Below, one piece after another: positions 7,601 through 17,809 of a stretch of 64,000 nt of DNA. Made by a program: the position numbers and the translations under genes. The stretch spans positions 64,001 to 128,000 of the forward strand of contig CAXXVK010000011.1 of NCBI GenBank assembly GCA_963676915.2, read 5' to 3'. The notes under the pieces were generated by a model that saw nothing but the letters and a program-made list of their open reading frames with translations, had not been told where the DNA came from and did no database searches. Within the stretch, counting starts at the first letter, position 1. Every line of letters starts with the position of its first letter. The DNA comes from Myxococcota bacterium. Its GTDB lineage: Bacteria > Myxococcota_A > SURF-8 > G963663525.

Positions 7601-10522
7601 TCACCCCTTGGCGTTCTTTTTCGTGTTGGCTTTCTTTTTGGTGCTTTTTCGTTTTTTAGGCGAAGTTTTCGCTTTGGGGGTAGTCTTCTTTTTCGATTTC
7701 GGGTTCATTCCGAGCTTGGGAGCAAGGTAACGACCGGTCCAGCTTTCGGAACAGTTCGCCACATCTTCGGGTGTTCCCTGGGCCACGATTTCCCCGCCTC
7801 CGATGCCTCCTTCGGGACCGAGATCCACGACCCAGTCCGCCGTCTTGATCACGTCCAGGTTGTGTTCGATCACCAGCACGGTATTCCCGGACTCCACCAG
7901 TCGATCCAACACCCCCAGCAGTTTGCGGATGTCGTCGAAGTGCAGGCCGGTGGTGGGTTCGTCGAGAATATACAACGTCTTGCCTGTCGAACGCTTGGAC
8001 AACTCCCGAGCGAGTTTGATTCGCTGCGCTTCACCTCCCGAAAGGGTGGTGGCGGCTTGTCCCAGACGGATGTATCCCAAGCCGACATCCTGAAGGGTTT
8101 TCAACTTTTTATAAATCGACGGAACATTGCGGAAAAGTTCGCAATTTTGATTGACGGTCATTTCCAGCACGTCGGAAATGGTTTTTCCGTGCCAGCGAAC
8201 CTCCAGGGTTTCGCGATTGTAGCGTTTACCCTCGCAGACATCGCAGGTTACGTAGATGTCGGGAAGAAAATGCATTTCAATTTTGATCAGACCGTCGCCC
8301 TGACAGCTTTCGCAACGTCCGCCTTTGACGTTGAAAGAGAATCGTCCCGGTTTGTAGCCACGGGTTTTCGACTCCGGGAGTTGGGCGAACAGGTCGCGGA
8401 TCGGCGTGAAGACTCCGGTATATGTAGCGGGATTGCTGCGTGGCGTGCGTCCGATAGCGGACTGGTCGATGGAAATCACCTTGTCGATGTGCTGAATCCC
8501 CGAAATGGCACGACAGCCTTCGAGTTTTTTCTTGCGACGCAGTTTGGCGGTCAACGATGGCAGAAGGGTGTCGATAACCAACGAGGATTTTCCCGAACCC
8601 GAGACGCCGGTCACGCAGATCAATCGCCCCAACGGTACGGAAAGATCGAGATTTTTCAGGTTGTTGGTGGTGCAGCCTTTGAGTTCCAGGACTCGCGGAT
8701 CGCTGTTGCGGCGTTTTTTGGGCACTGGGATTTCCAAAGCGCCTGAAAGGTATTTTCCGGTCAAGGAATCGGATTTCTTGATTTCCGCCGGAGTTCCCTG
8801 GGCTACGACCTCGCCGCCGTGGATGCCCGCGCCCGGTCCCATATCCACGACGTGATCGGCTTCCAATATGGTGTCTTCGTCGTGCTCCACGACCACGACC
8901 GTGTTTCCCAGGTCGCGAAGGCGCTTTAGAGTATCCAGCAGTCGGTCGTTGTCACGCTGATGCAGGCCGATGGATGGTTCGTCGAGGATATACAGAACGC
9001 CGACCAGCGACGAGCCGATTTGCGTGGCCAGTCGGATGCGCTGTCCTTCGCCGCCGGAAAGCGTGCCGGAACTACGATCCAGGTTGAGGTATTCCAGACC
9101 TACGTTATTCAAAAAACTCAGTCGTTCGCGAACTTCCTTCAGTATTCGCTCGCCGATCTGCATCTGTTTGTCATCGAGATGCAGGTTGAGGAAGTAGTCC
9201 AGCGCCTGTCCCACCGTGAAGTGGGTGACATCCATGATGTTTCGGCCATCGATGCGCACCATCAACGCCTCGGAACGCAGGCGCAATCCGTTACAGGAAG
9301 GACAAACCTGTTGGTTCATGTACTTTTCGAACTCTTCCCGGATATACTCAGAAGCCGTTTCCCGATAGCGTCGTTCCAGGCTGGGAATCACGCCCTCGTA
9401 TTCCCGTTGCCATTCGACGTGTCGACCTTTTTCGTCCTTGTGACGAAAACGCACTTCGACGCCGCCGGAACCGTACAGCACGATTTTCTTGGCTTTTTTC
9501 GACAGCTTGTTCCAAGGCGTATCGAGCGAGAACCCAAACTCTTCCGCTGCGCCTCTCAAGTATGTCTGGTAGATGAAACCTGTTTTCGAGTTCCAGGGCC
9601 GAATCGCGCCTTCTGCCAGCGTCAAGCTTTCGTCGGGAACGATCAGTTCGGGATCGAAGTAGGTTTTCTCTCCCAGTCCGTGGCATTCGGGGCAGGCACC
9701 GAAAGGACTGTTGAAGGAAAAAAAGCGGGGTGAAATTTCAGGGAAACTGATGCCGCAGTCGGCGCAACCGAAATTTTCGCTGAACGTCCTGGATTCTCCC
9801 GACACGGTTTCGATGGTCGCCAGTCCCTCTCCAAGGGCGAGAGCCAACTCCAGCGAATCCGCTAGACGGGAACGAATCGTGGGTTTCATGATCAGGCGAT
9901 CCAGGAAAACCTCGATGGTGTGCTTTTTTTGGCGATCAAGAGAAACGTCCGTTTCGGAAAGATCGACCATTTCTCCGTCGATACGTATACGCGGGTAGCC
10001 ATCCTGCACCAAGCGCTTCAATTCTTTCTGGTAACTTCCCTTTTTTCCTCGGATAAAAGGCGCAACGACGGAAAACCGCGTGCCTTCCTCCAATTCCATC
10101 GCCTGATCTACCATCTGGTTGATGCTCATGGCGGTAATCGGCTGCCCGCAGGAGGGGCAAAAAGCCTCGCCGATACGTGCAAACAACAAGCGGAGGTAGT
10201 CGTAGATTTCAGTGACGGTAGCAACGATGGAACGTGGGTTGCGGCTGGCGTTTTTCTGTTCGATGGAAATTGCCGGGGAAAGTCCCTCGATGTAATCGAC
10301 ATCCGGCTTGTTCATTTGCTCCAGAAACTGGCGAGCGTAGGCCGACAGGGATTCCACATAGCGCCGTTGTCCCTCTGCATAGAGCGTATCGAAAGCCAGA
10401 GAAGATTTTCCTGACCCGGAAAGTCCTGTAATTACGATAAGTTTTTCTCGGGGTAACGTCAGATCGACGTTTTTCAGGTTGTGCTGACGCGCCCCTTTGA
10501 TACGGATGATTTCACTGGCCAC
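7601..10522 (-). CDS. uvrA: Excinuclease ABC subunit A
   Basis: GARQHNLKN, two Walker A motifs ([16 protein letters not shown]), LSGGE signatures and CxxC Zn fingers. Confidence 0.98.
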   Translation of the reverse strand: MASEIIRIKGARQHNLKNVDLTLPREKLIVITGLSGSGKSSLAFDTLYAEGQRRYVESLSAYARQFLEQMNKPDVDYIEGLSPAISIEQKNASRNPRSIVATVTEIYDYLRLLFARIGEAFCPSCGQPITAMSINQMVDQAMELEEGTRFSVVAPFIRGKKGSYQKELKRLVQDGYPRIRIDGEMVDLSETDVSLDRQKKHTIEVFLDRLIMKPTIRSRLADSLELALALGEGLATIETVSGESRTFSENFGCADCGISFPEISPRFFSFNSPFGACPECHGLGEKTYFDPELIVPDESLTLAEGAIRPWNSKTGFIYQTYLRGAAEEFGFSLDTPWNKLSKKAKKIVLYGSGGVEVRFRHKDEKGRHVEWQREYEGVIPSLERRYRETASEYIREEFEKYMNQQVCPSCNGLRLRSEALMVRIDGRNIMDVTHFTVGQALDYFLNLHLDDKQMQIGERILKEVRERLSFLNNVGLEYLNLDRSSGTLSGGEGQRIRLATQIGSSLVGVLYILDEPSIGLHQRDNDRLLDTLKRLRDLGNTVVVVEHDEDTILEADHVVDMGPGAGIHGGEVVAQGTPAEIKKSDSLTGKYLSGALEIPVPKKRRNSDPRVLELKGCTTNNLKNLDLSVPLGRLICVTGVSGSGKSSLVIDTLLPSLTAKLRRKKKLEGCRAISGIQHIDKVISIDQSAIGRTPRSNPATYTGVFTPIRDLFAQLPESKTRGYKPGRFSFNVKGGRCESCQGDGLIKIEMHFLPDIYVTCDVCEGKRYNRETLEVRWHGKTISDVLEMTVNQNCELFRNVPSIYKKLKTLQDVGLGYIRLGQAATTLSGGEAQRIKLARELSKRSTGKTLYILDEPTTGLHFDDIRKLLGVLDRLVESGNTVLVIEHNLDVIKTADWVVDLGPEGGIGGGEIVAQGTPEDVANCSESWTGRYLAPKLGMNPKSKKKTTPKAKTSPKKRKSTKKKANTKKNAKG

Positions 10523-10662
10523 AAGCTTGCCTTTCCACGGTTGCCGGTTGCGGTTCTTCGTTCCACTGGAACGAACCTATAAATTTAGACCATGCTCGGT
10601 GAAAAGCAAGGGACAGGAGCGACAGGACTCCCCCCATTTTTTCAAAGCTTGTGTCCCATCAT

Positions 10663-10754
10663 GGGTGCCACGGTCTTTGCCCGAAGGGCAATGGCCGTGA
10701 GATTCCAGGTACTTGCACGGCCATCGATTCTTCCAATCGAAGACCGTGGCACCC
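10663..10754. repeat. Inverted hairpin doublet, REP/REPIN-like (copy 1)
   Basis: GGGTGCCACGGTCT-TTGCCC GAA GGGCAA-TGGCCGTG, 16-nt spacer, then the same unit inverted. Homolog at 63759-63851. Confidence 0.8.
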
Positions 10755-10928
10755 TGAAGTTTTTATTTGTAAATAAGGTGCTTTTACAAGAAATAATCAT
10801 TTTCACTTTTGAAATTCGAAAAGCGCTGTATTTACTTCCAGATACAAAATCGCAATACGGTTTTTCGGGGGATGTCCTGACAAGAGCGAGGATTAAAGAA
10901 GCGAAAACAAAGAAAAATCTCAGCACAT

Positions 10929-10962
10929 AAAAAAGCCCGTAGAAAACAACCGTTCTACGGGC
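10929..10962 (-). terminator. Rho-independent terminator of 10999..11781
   Basis: GCCCGTAGAA-N8-TTCTACGGGC stem followed by T6 on the minus strand. Confidence 0.8.
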
Positions 10963-10998
10963 ACTTACATCGTAAATTTGTTCGAGTGTAAAGAACGC

Positions 10999-11781
10999 TT
11001 AGTTGAACGTGATGCTCAAAACCGCGTTTTTATACTGTTCGTCCATATCTTTGATCAAAGCTTCTCGGTCTATGATCTGCTCGTCCCGTTCGTTGGTTAC
11101 ACGGATTTTCCCGAGGTGGGTGTCGAAGTTCTGGTTGCCTTTGTAGGTCTTGACCACGAAACGGAAAAAGTCTTTGCTTTCAATGACGTGGCGAGCTTTT
11201 TTTCCTTTTTTCTTCGTGTAGAGCACGTACTGGTTGATCATCAGGCATTCGACCCGATCCGGCGAGGCATCGGAGACTTCGTAACAGTTCTTCTCGCCGT
11301 TCTCGCGGTTTTTCTTATTGAATTCAATGGTTTTGATGTCTTCCCAAGGCACGAAAAATTCGTTGCGGTCATAAGTGACCATCAAGCCTTCGCTAAGTTC
11401 CCATTGAGGCTGTGCGCCATGGTCCGTAATTCCTTGAGCTACCAGGAAATTGACGATGGTCCCTTTCCAGATTTTCTTGTCCTTCAGTTTGATGCTGACT
11501 TTGATGTTTCGTTTGTCCGGGGGGAACTGCGGTTCGGGCGCTTTGGCCGGTTCGGCGGCTTGTTCGGGTACCGCTTTTACGTCTGCGGCTGCAGCATCGG
11601 GCGTTGTTGCCGGTTCGGCTTTCGGCTCGGCTTTTTCAGCCGGTTGATTCAACATGGAATCCAACGAATTTTCGAATTCTTCCGCAGAAGGAGCGGCGAC
11701 CCCTTCGTCGCTAGCGGCAAAAACCGGAAATGCGAGAATCAGAGAAAAGAGAATCGTTACAAAGCCTGCGGTAATTTTCAT
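10999..11781 (-). CDS. Hypothetical secreted protein
   Basis: Start MKITAGF after AGGAG. Signal peptide ends VFA-A, followed by an A/E/P-rich linker and a globular Lys-rich C-terminal domain. Confidence 0.7.
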   Translation of the reverse strand: MKITAGFVTILFSLILAFPVFAASDEGVAAPSAEEFENSLDSMLNQPAEKAEPKAEPATTPDAAAADVKAVPEQAAEPAKAPEPQFPPDKRNIKVSIKLKDKKIWKGTIVNFLVAQGITDHGAQPQWELSEGLMVTYDRNEFFVPWEDIKTIEFNKKNRENGEKNCYEVSDASPDRVECLMINQYVLYTKKKGKKARHVIESKDFFRFVVKTYKGNQNFDTHLGKIRVTNERDEQIIDREALIKDMDEQYKNAVLSITFN

Positions 11782-12039
11782 GATCTTATCTCCTGTTGAT
11801 CCGTCCCCTTTACGCCCCAACCTTAACGTCGGTTTCCCTTGGCTGTCAAGTTCGAAGCCACTCCCAAGAGCAATTGCAGAATTTGGAAACGTTCTCCCTT
11901 CTTGTAACCAATTATGTCCAATGGTATAAAAAAGGAAATTGTCCACCACCTAAAAATGAGATTCGTACCTCGGGAACGATGCGGGAAATCATGCTTTGTG
12001 CATTGGATCGGAATCCCAGACCTTCGAAGAGAGGAAAAC

Positions 12040-13203
12040 ATGATAAATACCACCCTTATTGATTCCTCAAACGACATCGTGTTGTCACCGTTCCAAGAAG
12101 AACATATTGCTCCCATTCTTGAATTGATGAACCGGGAGGGCTGGTATTATTACGACCGAAACGAGCTGATGCGCTATTTGAAGCTTGGGGAAGAATGTTT
12201 CGTTCTGCTTTCCGGTAAAAACGTGATCGGTTGCCTGTTTACGACGAATTACGGAAATCAAGCCTGGTTGGGAAACATCATCGTAGCGGGAGCACCGGAA
12301 GCGGCGCAACGGTCGAGCGATTCCATTGGTTATCGTAACAGAGGTTACGCCGGGCGGATGATTCTCCATGCTATGGAAATTCTTGGGAAAAAAGGTGTCA
12401 AGACCTTTCGTCTGGGTTCGGTGCCAACGGCTATCGGTGCGTATAAAAAGGTTGGTTTTCGAGCCGAATCGTTTACGACGGCCCAGGAGGCTTGGCTTCC
12501 TTTGACGTTCCGGGACGATCCTCCCGAACTCGAACCTGGAGAAGTTGTCGAAACGATGACCGCCGAGGATGTGACCCAGGGTGTCGCACAACTCGATGGC
12601 ACCTATTTTCGTTCCAACCGCACCACGTTGCTTCAGGAATTGTATGCGGATTCCATTCGGGAGAGTTGCCTTTGTTTGAGGAAAAAGGACGACCTTTTGG
12701 GATTTGTCATGATTCGACGTCGTATGACGCTGAAAAAGGAAGGTGGTTTCGCCGAAGGACCGGATGCGGTTTATCGGTTGGGGCCATGCTGCATTCAACC
12801 GGATGTCGGCATCAGGGGATTCAAGATCCTTTTTCAAAAAGCGATGAAAGCGGTTCATGCCGAACTCGAACACTTTGAGGGGCAAGCGAAACTCTACGTC
12901 GTGTTTCCGCAAAACGCCGTAAAAAGCAGAATATACGCAGCTTTCGAAGAGATGGGTGGGGCAGATCCTGATCGTGTGTTCAACGAACATGACCAACTCT
13001 TCGGTTCCACCGCTTCGACGAAAAACGACGAGTTATGGAAGGTCATGCAAGAGCTTGGATTTCAACAGGAATACTTCGAGCAGGTTATGAGCGTGACGCC
13101 CGGAGAACCCCCGGAATGTCCTCCGAGGGATCGTGTCGCGGTGCAGTCGCAGGCCGATCCTGAAGGAATCTTCGCTACGGCGACTCCGGGAGATAAAGCG
13201 TAA
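12040..13203 (+). CDS. GNAT family N-acetyltransferase (two-domain)
   Basis: Start MINTT after GAGG. LGNIIV...YRNRGYA acetyl-CoA motif and AIGAYKKVGF. Second degenerate GNAT domain with RLGP. Confidence 0.8.
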   Translation: MINTTLIDSSNDIVLSPFQEEHIAPILELMNREGWYYYDRNELMRYLKLGEECFVLLSGKNVIGCLFTTNYGNQAWLGNIIVAGAPEAAQRSSDSIGYRNRGYAGRMILHAMEILGKKGVKTFRLGSVPTAIGAYKKVGFRAESFTTAQEAWLPLTFRDDPPELEPGEVVETMTAEDVTQGVAQLDGTYFRSNRTTLLQELYADSIRESCLCLRKKDDLLGFVMIRRRMTLKKEGGFAEGPDAVYRLGPCCIQPDVGIRGFKILFQKAMKAVHAELEHFEGQAKLYVVFPQNAVKSRIYAAFEEMGGADPDRVFNEHDQLFGSTASTKNDELWKVMQELGFQQEYFEQVMSVTPGEPPECPPRDRVAVQSQADPEGIFATATPGDKA

Positions 13204-13237
13204 CGGTTTGGTAAAAATGCAATAAATTCGGGAAAAC

Positions 13238-13879
13238 TTACGAACGTTTGTTTTTCATGGCACGGAAAAAGCCAAGAAAATAGTCTCCCGCCGAGGTGAC
13301 CGAGAAGAAAAAGGCGAAGTACAGCAGGACCAGCCCTACGGTGTGCAGGTTGACTTCGCTTTCCCAGAAACCGAGGTTGATGATGTACGAACTGTGCACG
13401 ATCATCGCGGCCAAACCACTGAGTTGAAAGGCGGTTTTATATTTTCCCAAAGAACGGGCGGCGATGACCAGCCCTTCCGAAGACGCAATGGCCCGTAAGC
13501 CGGTAATGGTGATTTCCCGCGCCATCAGGATCACCGCAAGCCATAGGGGTACGCGCTCCATATTCAATAGCACCAGCAAAACGGCCAGCACGATCAGTTT
13601 GTCGGCCAGTGGATCGAGAAATTTCCCGATCACCGAAATCTGGTTCAATTTCCTGGCGAGAAAGCCGTCCAGAAAATCGGTTGCAGCGGCAAGACCGAAC
13701 GTTAAGGCGGCAATAAAAGAAGCCAGCGGAGTGTCCACCATCATCAAGGCGCAAACCACCGGCACGGCGAAAATCCTACCCAAAGTCAACAGGTTGGGGA
13801 GGTTCGTCAATTCTCCCAGCAGGGAAGGGGAGTTTTTCGGAGTCGAAGACTCATTGTTTTTCGTGTGGTTCTCTTCCAT
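13238..13879 (-). CDS. pgsA: CDP-diacylglycerol--glycerol-3-phosphate 3-phosphatidyltransferase
   Basis: NLPNLLTLGR, DFLDGFLAR...GKFLDPLADK, REITITGLR and GKYKT motifs. Start approximate. Confidence 0.93.
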   Translation of the reverse strand: MEENHTKNNESSTPKNSPSLLGELTNLPNLLTLGRIFAVPVVCALMMVDTPLASFIAALTFGLAAATDFLDGFLARKLNQISVIGKFLDPLADKLIVLAVLLVLLNMERVPLWLAVILMAREITITGLRAIASSEGLVIAARSLGKYKTAFQLSGLAAMIVHSSYIINLGFWESEVNLHTVGLVLLYFAFFFSVTSAGDYFLGFFRAMKNKRS

Positions 13880-14088
13880 GAACCTTGCCATAGCACCAGT
13901 TTGCCGCTTAAGCAATAGTCGGGTGGAGATTTTTACAAGCTTTAACATTTCGACCGTTTTTGATTTTGTTGAAAGATTGACGAAACGCGGTCTTGTTTGG
14001 AATACCGTTTCCAAGAATGAATACATGTCTGGAGTACTGATAAATTTTTGTGAAGGGAAGGTGGCGGAATCCTTCATGTCTTTTCCGC

Positions 14089-14117
14089 TTGACGTAGAAG
14101 ACGGGCCGCCTTACTTT
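14089..14117 (+). promoter_or_regulatory. Putative sigma70 promoter of malic enzyme gene
   Basis: TTGACG-N17-TACTTT, ~85 nt upstream of the ATG. Confidence 0.55.
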
Positions 14118-14203
14118 TGAACAACCAAAGCCATATCGACCCGTATGGGGACATTTTTCCGGGAGAGCCGTGGTTCGGCTGTTCCATGAAAGGTCATTGA
14201 ACG

Positions 14204-15556
14204 ATGGGAAACGAATCTCAGGACAAGCGCATCGCGCAAGCCAACAAGCCGTTTGAAGACGCCAACCGGCTTCATCCATACTATCGCGGCAAACTCGAAG
14301 TACAGCCCAAATGCCGCATTCGCGATTTCAACGATTTTGCCATCTGGTATTCACCCGGTGTGGCCGCTCCCTGCCGCGAAATCGAGGCCGACCCGGAAAA
14401 AGCCTACGAAATGACCTCCAAATGGAATTACGTCGGCGTGGTTTCCGACGGTACCCGCGTGCTGGGACTGGGGGATATCGGTCCGTTGGCCGGTTTGCCT
14501 GTGATGGAAGGCAAAGCTATTCTTTTCAAATACTTGGGTGCCGTAGACGCCTTCCCGATCATGCTGGATACCAAAGATCCGGACAAATTTATCGAAACGG
14601 TCAAGATCCTGCAACCGACCTTCGGCGGCTTCAACCTCGAAGACATCGCGCAGCCCAAATGTTTCCGTATTCTTGATACCTTACGTTCGGAGTGCGACAT
14701 TCCTGTCTGGCACGATGACCAGCAGGGAACGGCAGCGATTCTGCTTTCGGGGCTTTACAATGCGGCGAAAGTCGCCGGTCGGACTTTCGAAGACCTGACC
14801 ATTGCGATGGTCGGCGCCGGAGCCGCCAACGTGCGGTTTGCAGCCTTGCTGGAAACGGCCGGAATCAAAATGGAAAACATGGTTGTTTGCGATTCTCGGG
14901 GAACGTTGCATACGGACCGCGAAGACCGCGAGCGGCTGCAAAGCCAATATCCCGAAAAGTGGTGGTTATGCCAACGCACCAACCCGAAACGCATCAAGGG
15001 GGGAATTCCTGAAGCGATGAAAGACCGGGACTTCGTGGTGTCGCTTTCCACACCGGGACCGGGAATTATCCAACCGGACTGGATCAAAACCATGAACCCC
15101 GATCCCATCGTGTTCGCCTGCGCCAATCCCACACCGGAAATCTGGCCTTGGGAAGCCAAGGAAGCCGGGGCCAAAGTCGTCGCCACCGGTCGCAGCGATT
15201 TTCCGAACCAGGTCAACAACTCCATGGGATTCCCGGCGATTTTCCGAGGGACGTTGGATGTCCGGGCCAAGACGATCACCGATAACATGTGCATCGCCGC
15301 CGCCAAAGAGTTGGCGCGTTTCGCCGAAGAAAAAGGCATTCACGAAGACTATATCGTTCCTACCATGGACGAGTGGGAAGTCTATCCTCGCGAAGCTGCC
15401 GCCGTGGGAATGCAGGCCGTGGCCGATGGCGTGGCCGGGGTTACGGACGCAACCTTTGAAAGCCTCCAGGCTAATGCGACCGAAATGATTCTGGAATCCA
15501 GGAACAAATTCCAGACCCTGCAACGGGAATTCATTACCGATCCCGACGCCGAGTGA
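14204..15556 (+). CDS. NAD(P)-dependent malic enzyme (short form, no PTA domain)
   Basis: YSPGVA, VLGLGDIGP, MEGKAILFK, NLEDI, HDDQQGT, GAGAAN, ANPTPEI and ATGRSDFPNQVNN motifs. Confidence 0.93.
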   Translation: MGNESQDKRIAQANKPFEDANRLHPYYRGKLEVQPKCRIRDFNDFAIWYSPGVAAPCREIEADPEKAYEMTSKWNYVGVVSDGTRVLGLGDIGPLAGLPVMEGKAILFKYLGAVDAFPIMLDTKDPDKFIETVKILQPTFGGFNLEDIAQPKCFRILDTLRSECDIPVWHDDQQGTAAILLSGLYNAAKVAGRTFEDLTIAMVGAGAANVRFAALLETAGIKMENMVVCDSRGTLHTDREDRERLQSQYPEKWWLCQRTNPKRIKGGIPEAMKDRDFVVSLSTPGPGIIQPDWIKTMNPDPIVFACANPTPEIWPWEAKEAGAKVVATGRSDFPNQVNNSMGFPAIFRGTLDVRAKTITDNMCIAAAKELARFAEEKGIHEDYIVPTMDEWEVYPREAAAVGMQAVADGVAGVTDATFESLQANATEMILESRNKFQTLQREFITDPDAE

Positions 15557-15568
15557 ACCTTTTCATCG

Positions 15569-16231
15569 TTATTCGATCCAGTCGGAGATGTCTGTCAGCG
15601 CTTTACGAGTAATATCGGGAACCTGGCAGTTTTCCGCCGGATATCCGACTGGGAGAATCATGAGCGGAACCTCGTTCTCCGGGCGTCCCAGAATAGAACG
15701 AAGGAAGTTCATCGGACGTGGTGTATAGGTCAGTGTGACCAGACCTGAAAGGTGAATAGCCGAAAGCAACAGACCTATCGCCAGGCAAGCCGAGGTGTGT
15801 GAATAATAGACCTTTTCACCACGATCCCCGCGCTGCAAACGAAATGCTACGACCAACCAAGGGGCGTCTTCTAAAAACGGCTTTTCGGGTCCGAGTCCCA
15901 GAGGGGCGATATCCTGAAGCATTTCAGAATGTTCGGTGCTTTCAAACAGCTTGCGTTCCACCGACTCACAAGCTTTGCGAATGGTGCGTTTGGTTTCCAG
16001 GTCGGATACGCAAACGAAGCGCCAAGGCTGGCGATTGGCACCACTGGGTGCCGATCCGGCGCAGCGGATGAGGTTTTCCATGGTTTCCTTCGAAACCGGT
16101 CGATCCGAAAAATGACGGATACTTCGACGCAATGCCACCGTTTCGAAGGTTTGACGACTGAGCCTTTCCGGTGGATCTTTCGGAGAATAGCAACGAAATG
16201 CTCTGGAATTTCGATTGGTTGTGTTATTCAT
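15569..16231 (-). CDS. Nitroreductase family protein, iodotyrosine deiodinase-like
   Basis: RRSIRHF, APSGANRQPWRF, KPFLEDAPWL, GLVTLTYTP, LGRPENE and PVGYP motifs. Confidence 0.85.
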   Translation of the reverse strand: MNNTTNRNSRAFRCYSPKDPPERLSRQTFETVALRRSIRHFSDRPVSKETMENLIRCAGSAPSGANRQPWRFVCVSDLETKRTIRKACESVERKLFESTEHSEMLQDIAPLGLGPEKPFLEDAPWLVVAFRLQRGDRGEKVYYSHTSACLAIGLLLSAIHLSGLVTLTYTPRPMNFLRSILGRPENEVPLMILPVGYPAENCQVPDITRKALTDISDWIE

Positions 16232-17646
16232 CGTTCGGTTTCACTCAAATCGACGAACGTACCTTTGATGGTGAAATCCGGATTGCTGCCTTCCGACCAT
16301 GCCACGAAATAGATGTCGTCTTTGATATAGGTAATGGCCGGTTGATAGGGGGCGACTGAAACGGAATTCACGCGGATCGATTCCGAGAATTTTTCAAAGC
16401 TCGATCCGTTTCTTGCAAAACCACGGATGGTTACGTAGTAGCCTGATCCCGATTCCGAACTGTAATACACTGCCGCACCGCCATCAGGAGACGCTGCGAG
16501 TGAGGGGGAGAACTCGTTTTCGCCGCTGGAAGCCAGCCTTACATTCGTGGAACCGCTGTTTTTCTTCGAAGCATCGATGAGTACGACGTCTCCTTCGTCT
16601 GCACCCAATGTGCCAAAGGCAAGGTACACGGGACTGTTTTCGTCGCGATAGGCTGCGAACGACGGTCCTGCTCCACCGTTTTCCGTTCGGCTGTCGTATG
16701 CGGTTTCGGAAAGGGGCATCGATGCACCGTAGGGAATCACGTTGTATTGGATGAAATCCTCGTCATCCTCCCAGGCGACATACAGATTGCCAAAGAGATC
16801 CGCACCCGCGTCCGGGAAGACCTGCGACGTGGAGTCGTCGAAATGCAGTTTCACAACGGACTCGACGGTTTCTCCATCGGAGTCGATCACCTGGGAAAAG
16901 GCTTGCCATTTCCCATAATTTTCTTCACTGATCGTGTCCGGGTCGGCCCATGAACCGACCACGGCGAAGCGGTCGTTCGGTAGGGCGACGACTTTGGCCA
17001 TCCAGGCGTTGATGCTTTCATTTTCATCGCTTCGTACCGGATGCAGGGTGCGGTCTTCGTCCATGATCGGTGTGCCGTCGAAACTATAGGTTCTGTAGTG
17101 GATGGATAGATTGTTGGGAGATTCGCCGTTGTCCGACTGCCAGACGAACGCCACGCGGTCGGCGGCAAGGTCGAGATCCGGTTCTGTTTCGTTGAAATCC
17201 GCCGTATTGACTTTGAACGGTGCAACGAGCGTCTGGCCGTCCAGGGCGATGCGGGTAGCGTACACGTCGAATGTGTTCTGTTCATCCGGGCGGTTGTAGA
17301 CGATCCAGACGCCTACGCCATCGAAACGCACCGTAACGTGAATCTGGCAACTTCGGCCTGCGGCGTCGAGATCGAACACCTGTCCGGTAACCGGCTCGAT
17401 TTCCGATGTGAAAGCAATGGGTTCCAAGGTCGCGGGCGGTTCTTCTTCTTCGGCTTCTACTTCGGATTCCACTGGTTCGGCGTCCATGTCTCCGGGAAGA
17501 GGCTCGGATTCTTCGACTTCTGCTATGGAATCCGTGTCGCTATCGCCATCCTGTTGTGACGTGGTGTTATCGTCGCTACCACAACCATACAGCGGAAGAA
17601 AAAGACAAACAGCCACGATCAATAACAAAATTCGTACGCTCGGCAT
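16228..17646 (-). CDS. Hypothetical lipoprotein with acidic linker and beta-rich repeats
   Basis: Start MPSVR after AAGGAG. Lipobox LYGC, DGDSDTDS linker and repeated P-x-(L/I)...F-x-W-x-(S/D) blades. Confidence 0.7.
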   Translation of the reverse strand: MPSVRILLLIVAVCLFLPLYGCGSDDNTTSQQDGDSDTDSIAEVEESEPLPGDMDAEPVESEVEAEEEEPPATLEPIAFTSEIEPVTGQVFDLDAAGRSCQIHVTVRFDGVGVWIVYNRPDEQNTFDVYATRIALDGQTLVAPFKVNTADFNETEPDLDLAADRVAFVWQSDNGESPNNLSIHYRTYSFDGTPIMDEDRTLHPVRSDENESINAWMAKVVALPNDRFAVVGSWADPDTISEENYGKWQAFSQVIDSDGETVESVVKLHFDDSTSQVFPDAGADLFGNLYVAWEDDEDFIQYNVIPYGASMPLSETAYDSRTENGGAGPSFAAYRDENSPVYLAFGTLGADEGDVVLIDASKKNSGSTNVRLASSGENEFSPSLAASPDGGAAVYYSSESGSGYYVTIRGFARNGSSFEKFSESIRVNSVSVAPYQPAITYIKDDIYFVAWSEGSNPDFTIKGTFVDLSETER

Positions 17647-17809
17647 CGTCAACAGCTCCTTCGAACGAAGATTAAAAAAACAGCACATTGTACCTGGATT
17701 TCGCAAAAGATCGCGAATTTTCCCGATTTTATCCGATGTTGCCGGTGTTTTTAGGGAAAGCAACGATCTGTGGGGAGTTTTGTATAATTTCGTGCAGATA
17801 AAAGCGTTT

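Noticed and set aside
7595-9733. 383-aa and 257-aa plus-strand ORFs
   Set aside because: Antisense shadows of uvrA.
10663-10754. tRNA, NiCo or yybP-ykoY riboswitch reading of the cloverleaf
   Set aside because: No T-loop/D-loop consensus or CCA, and none of the conserved riboswitch nucleotides. Covariation favours two separate hairpins.
10767-10789. TTGTAAA-N9-TTTACAA inverted repeat as an operator or LexA box for uvrA
   Set aside because: AT-rich, single occurrence, far from the start, and matches no LexA box I know.
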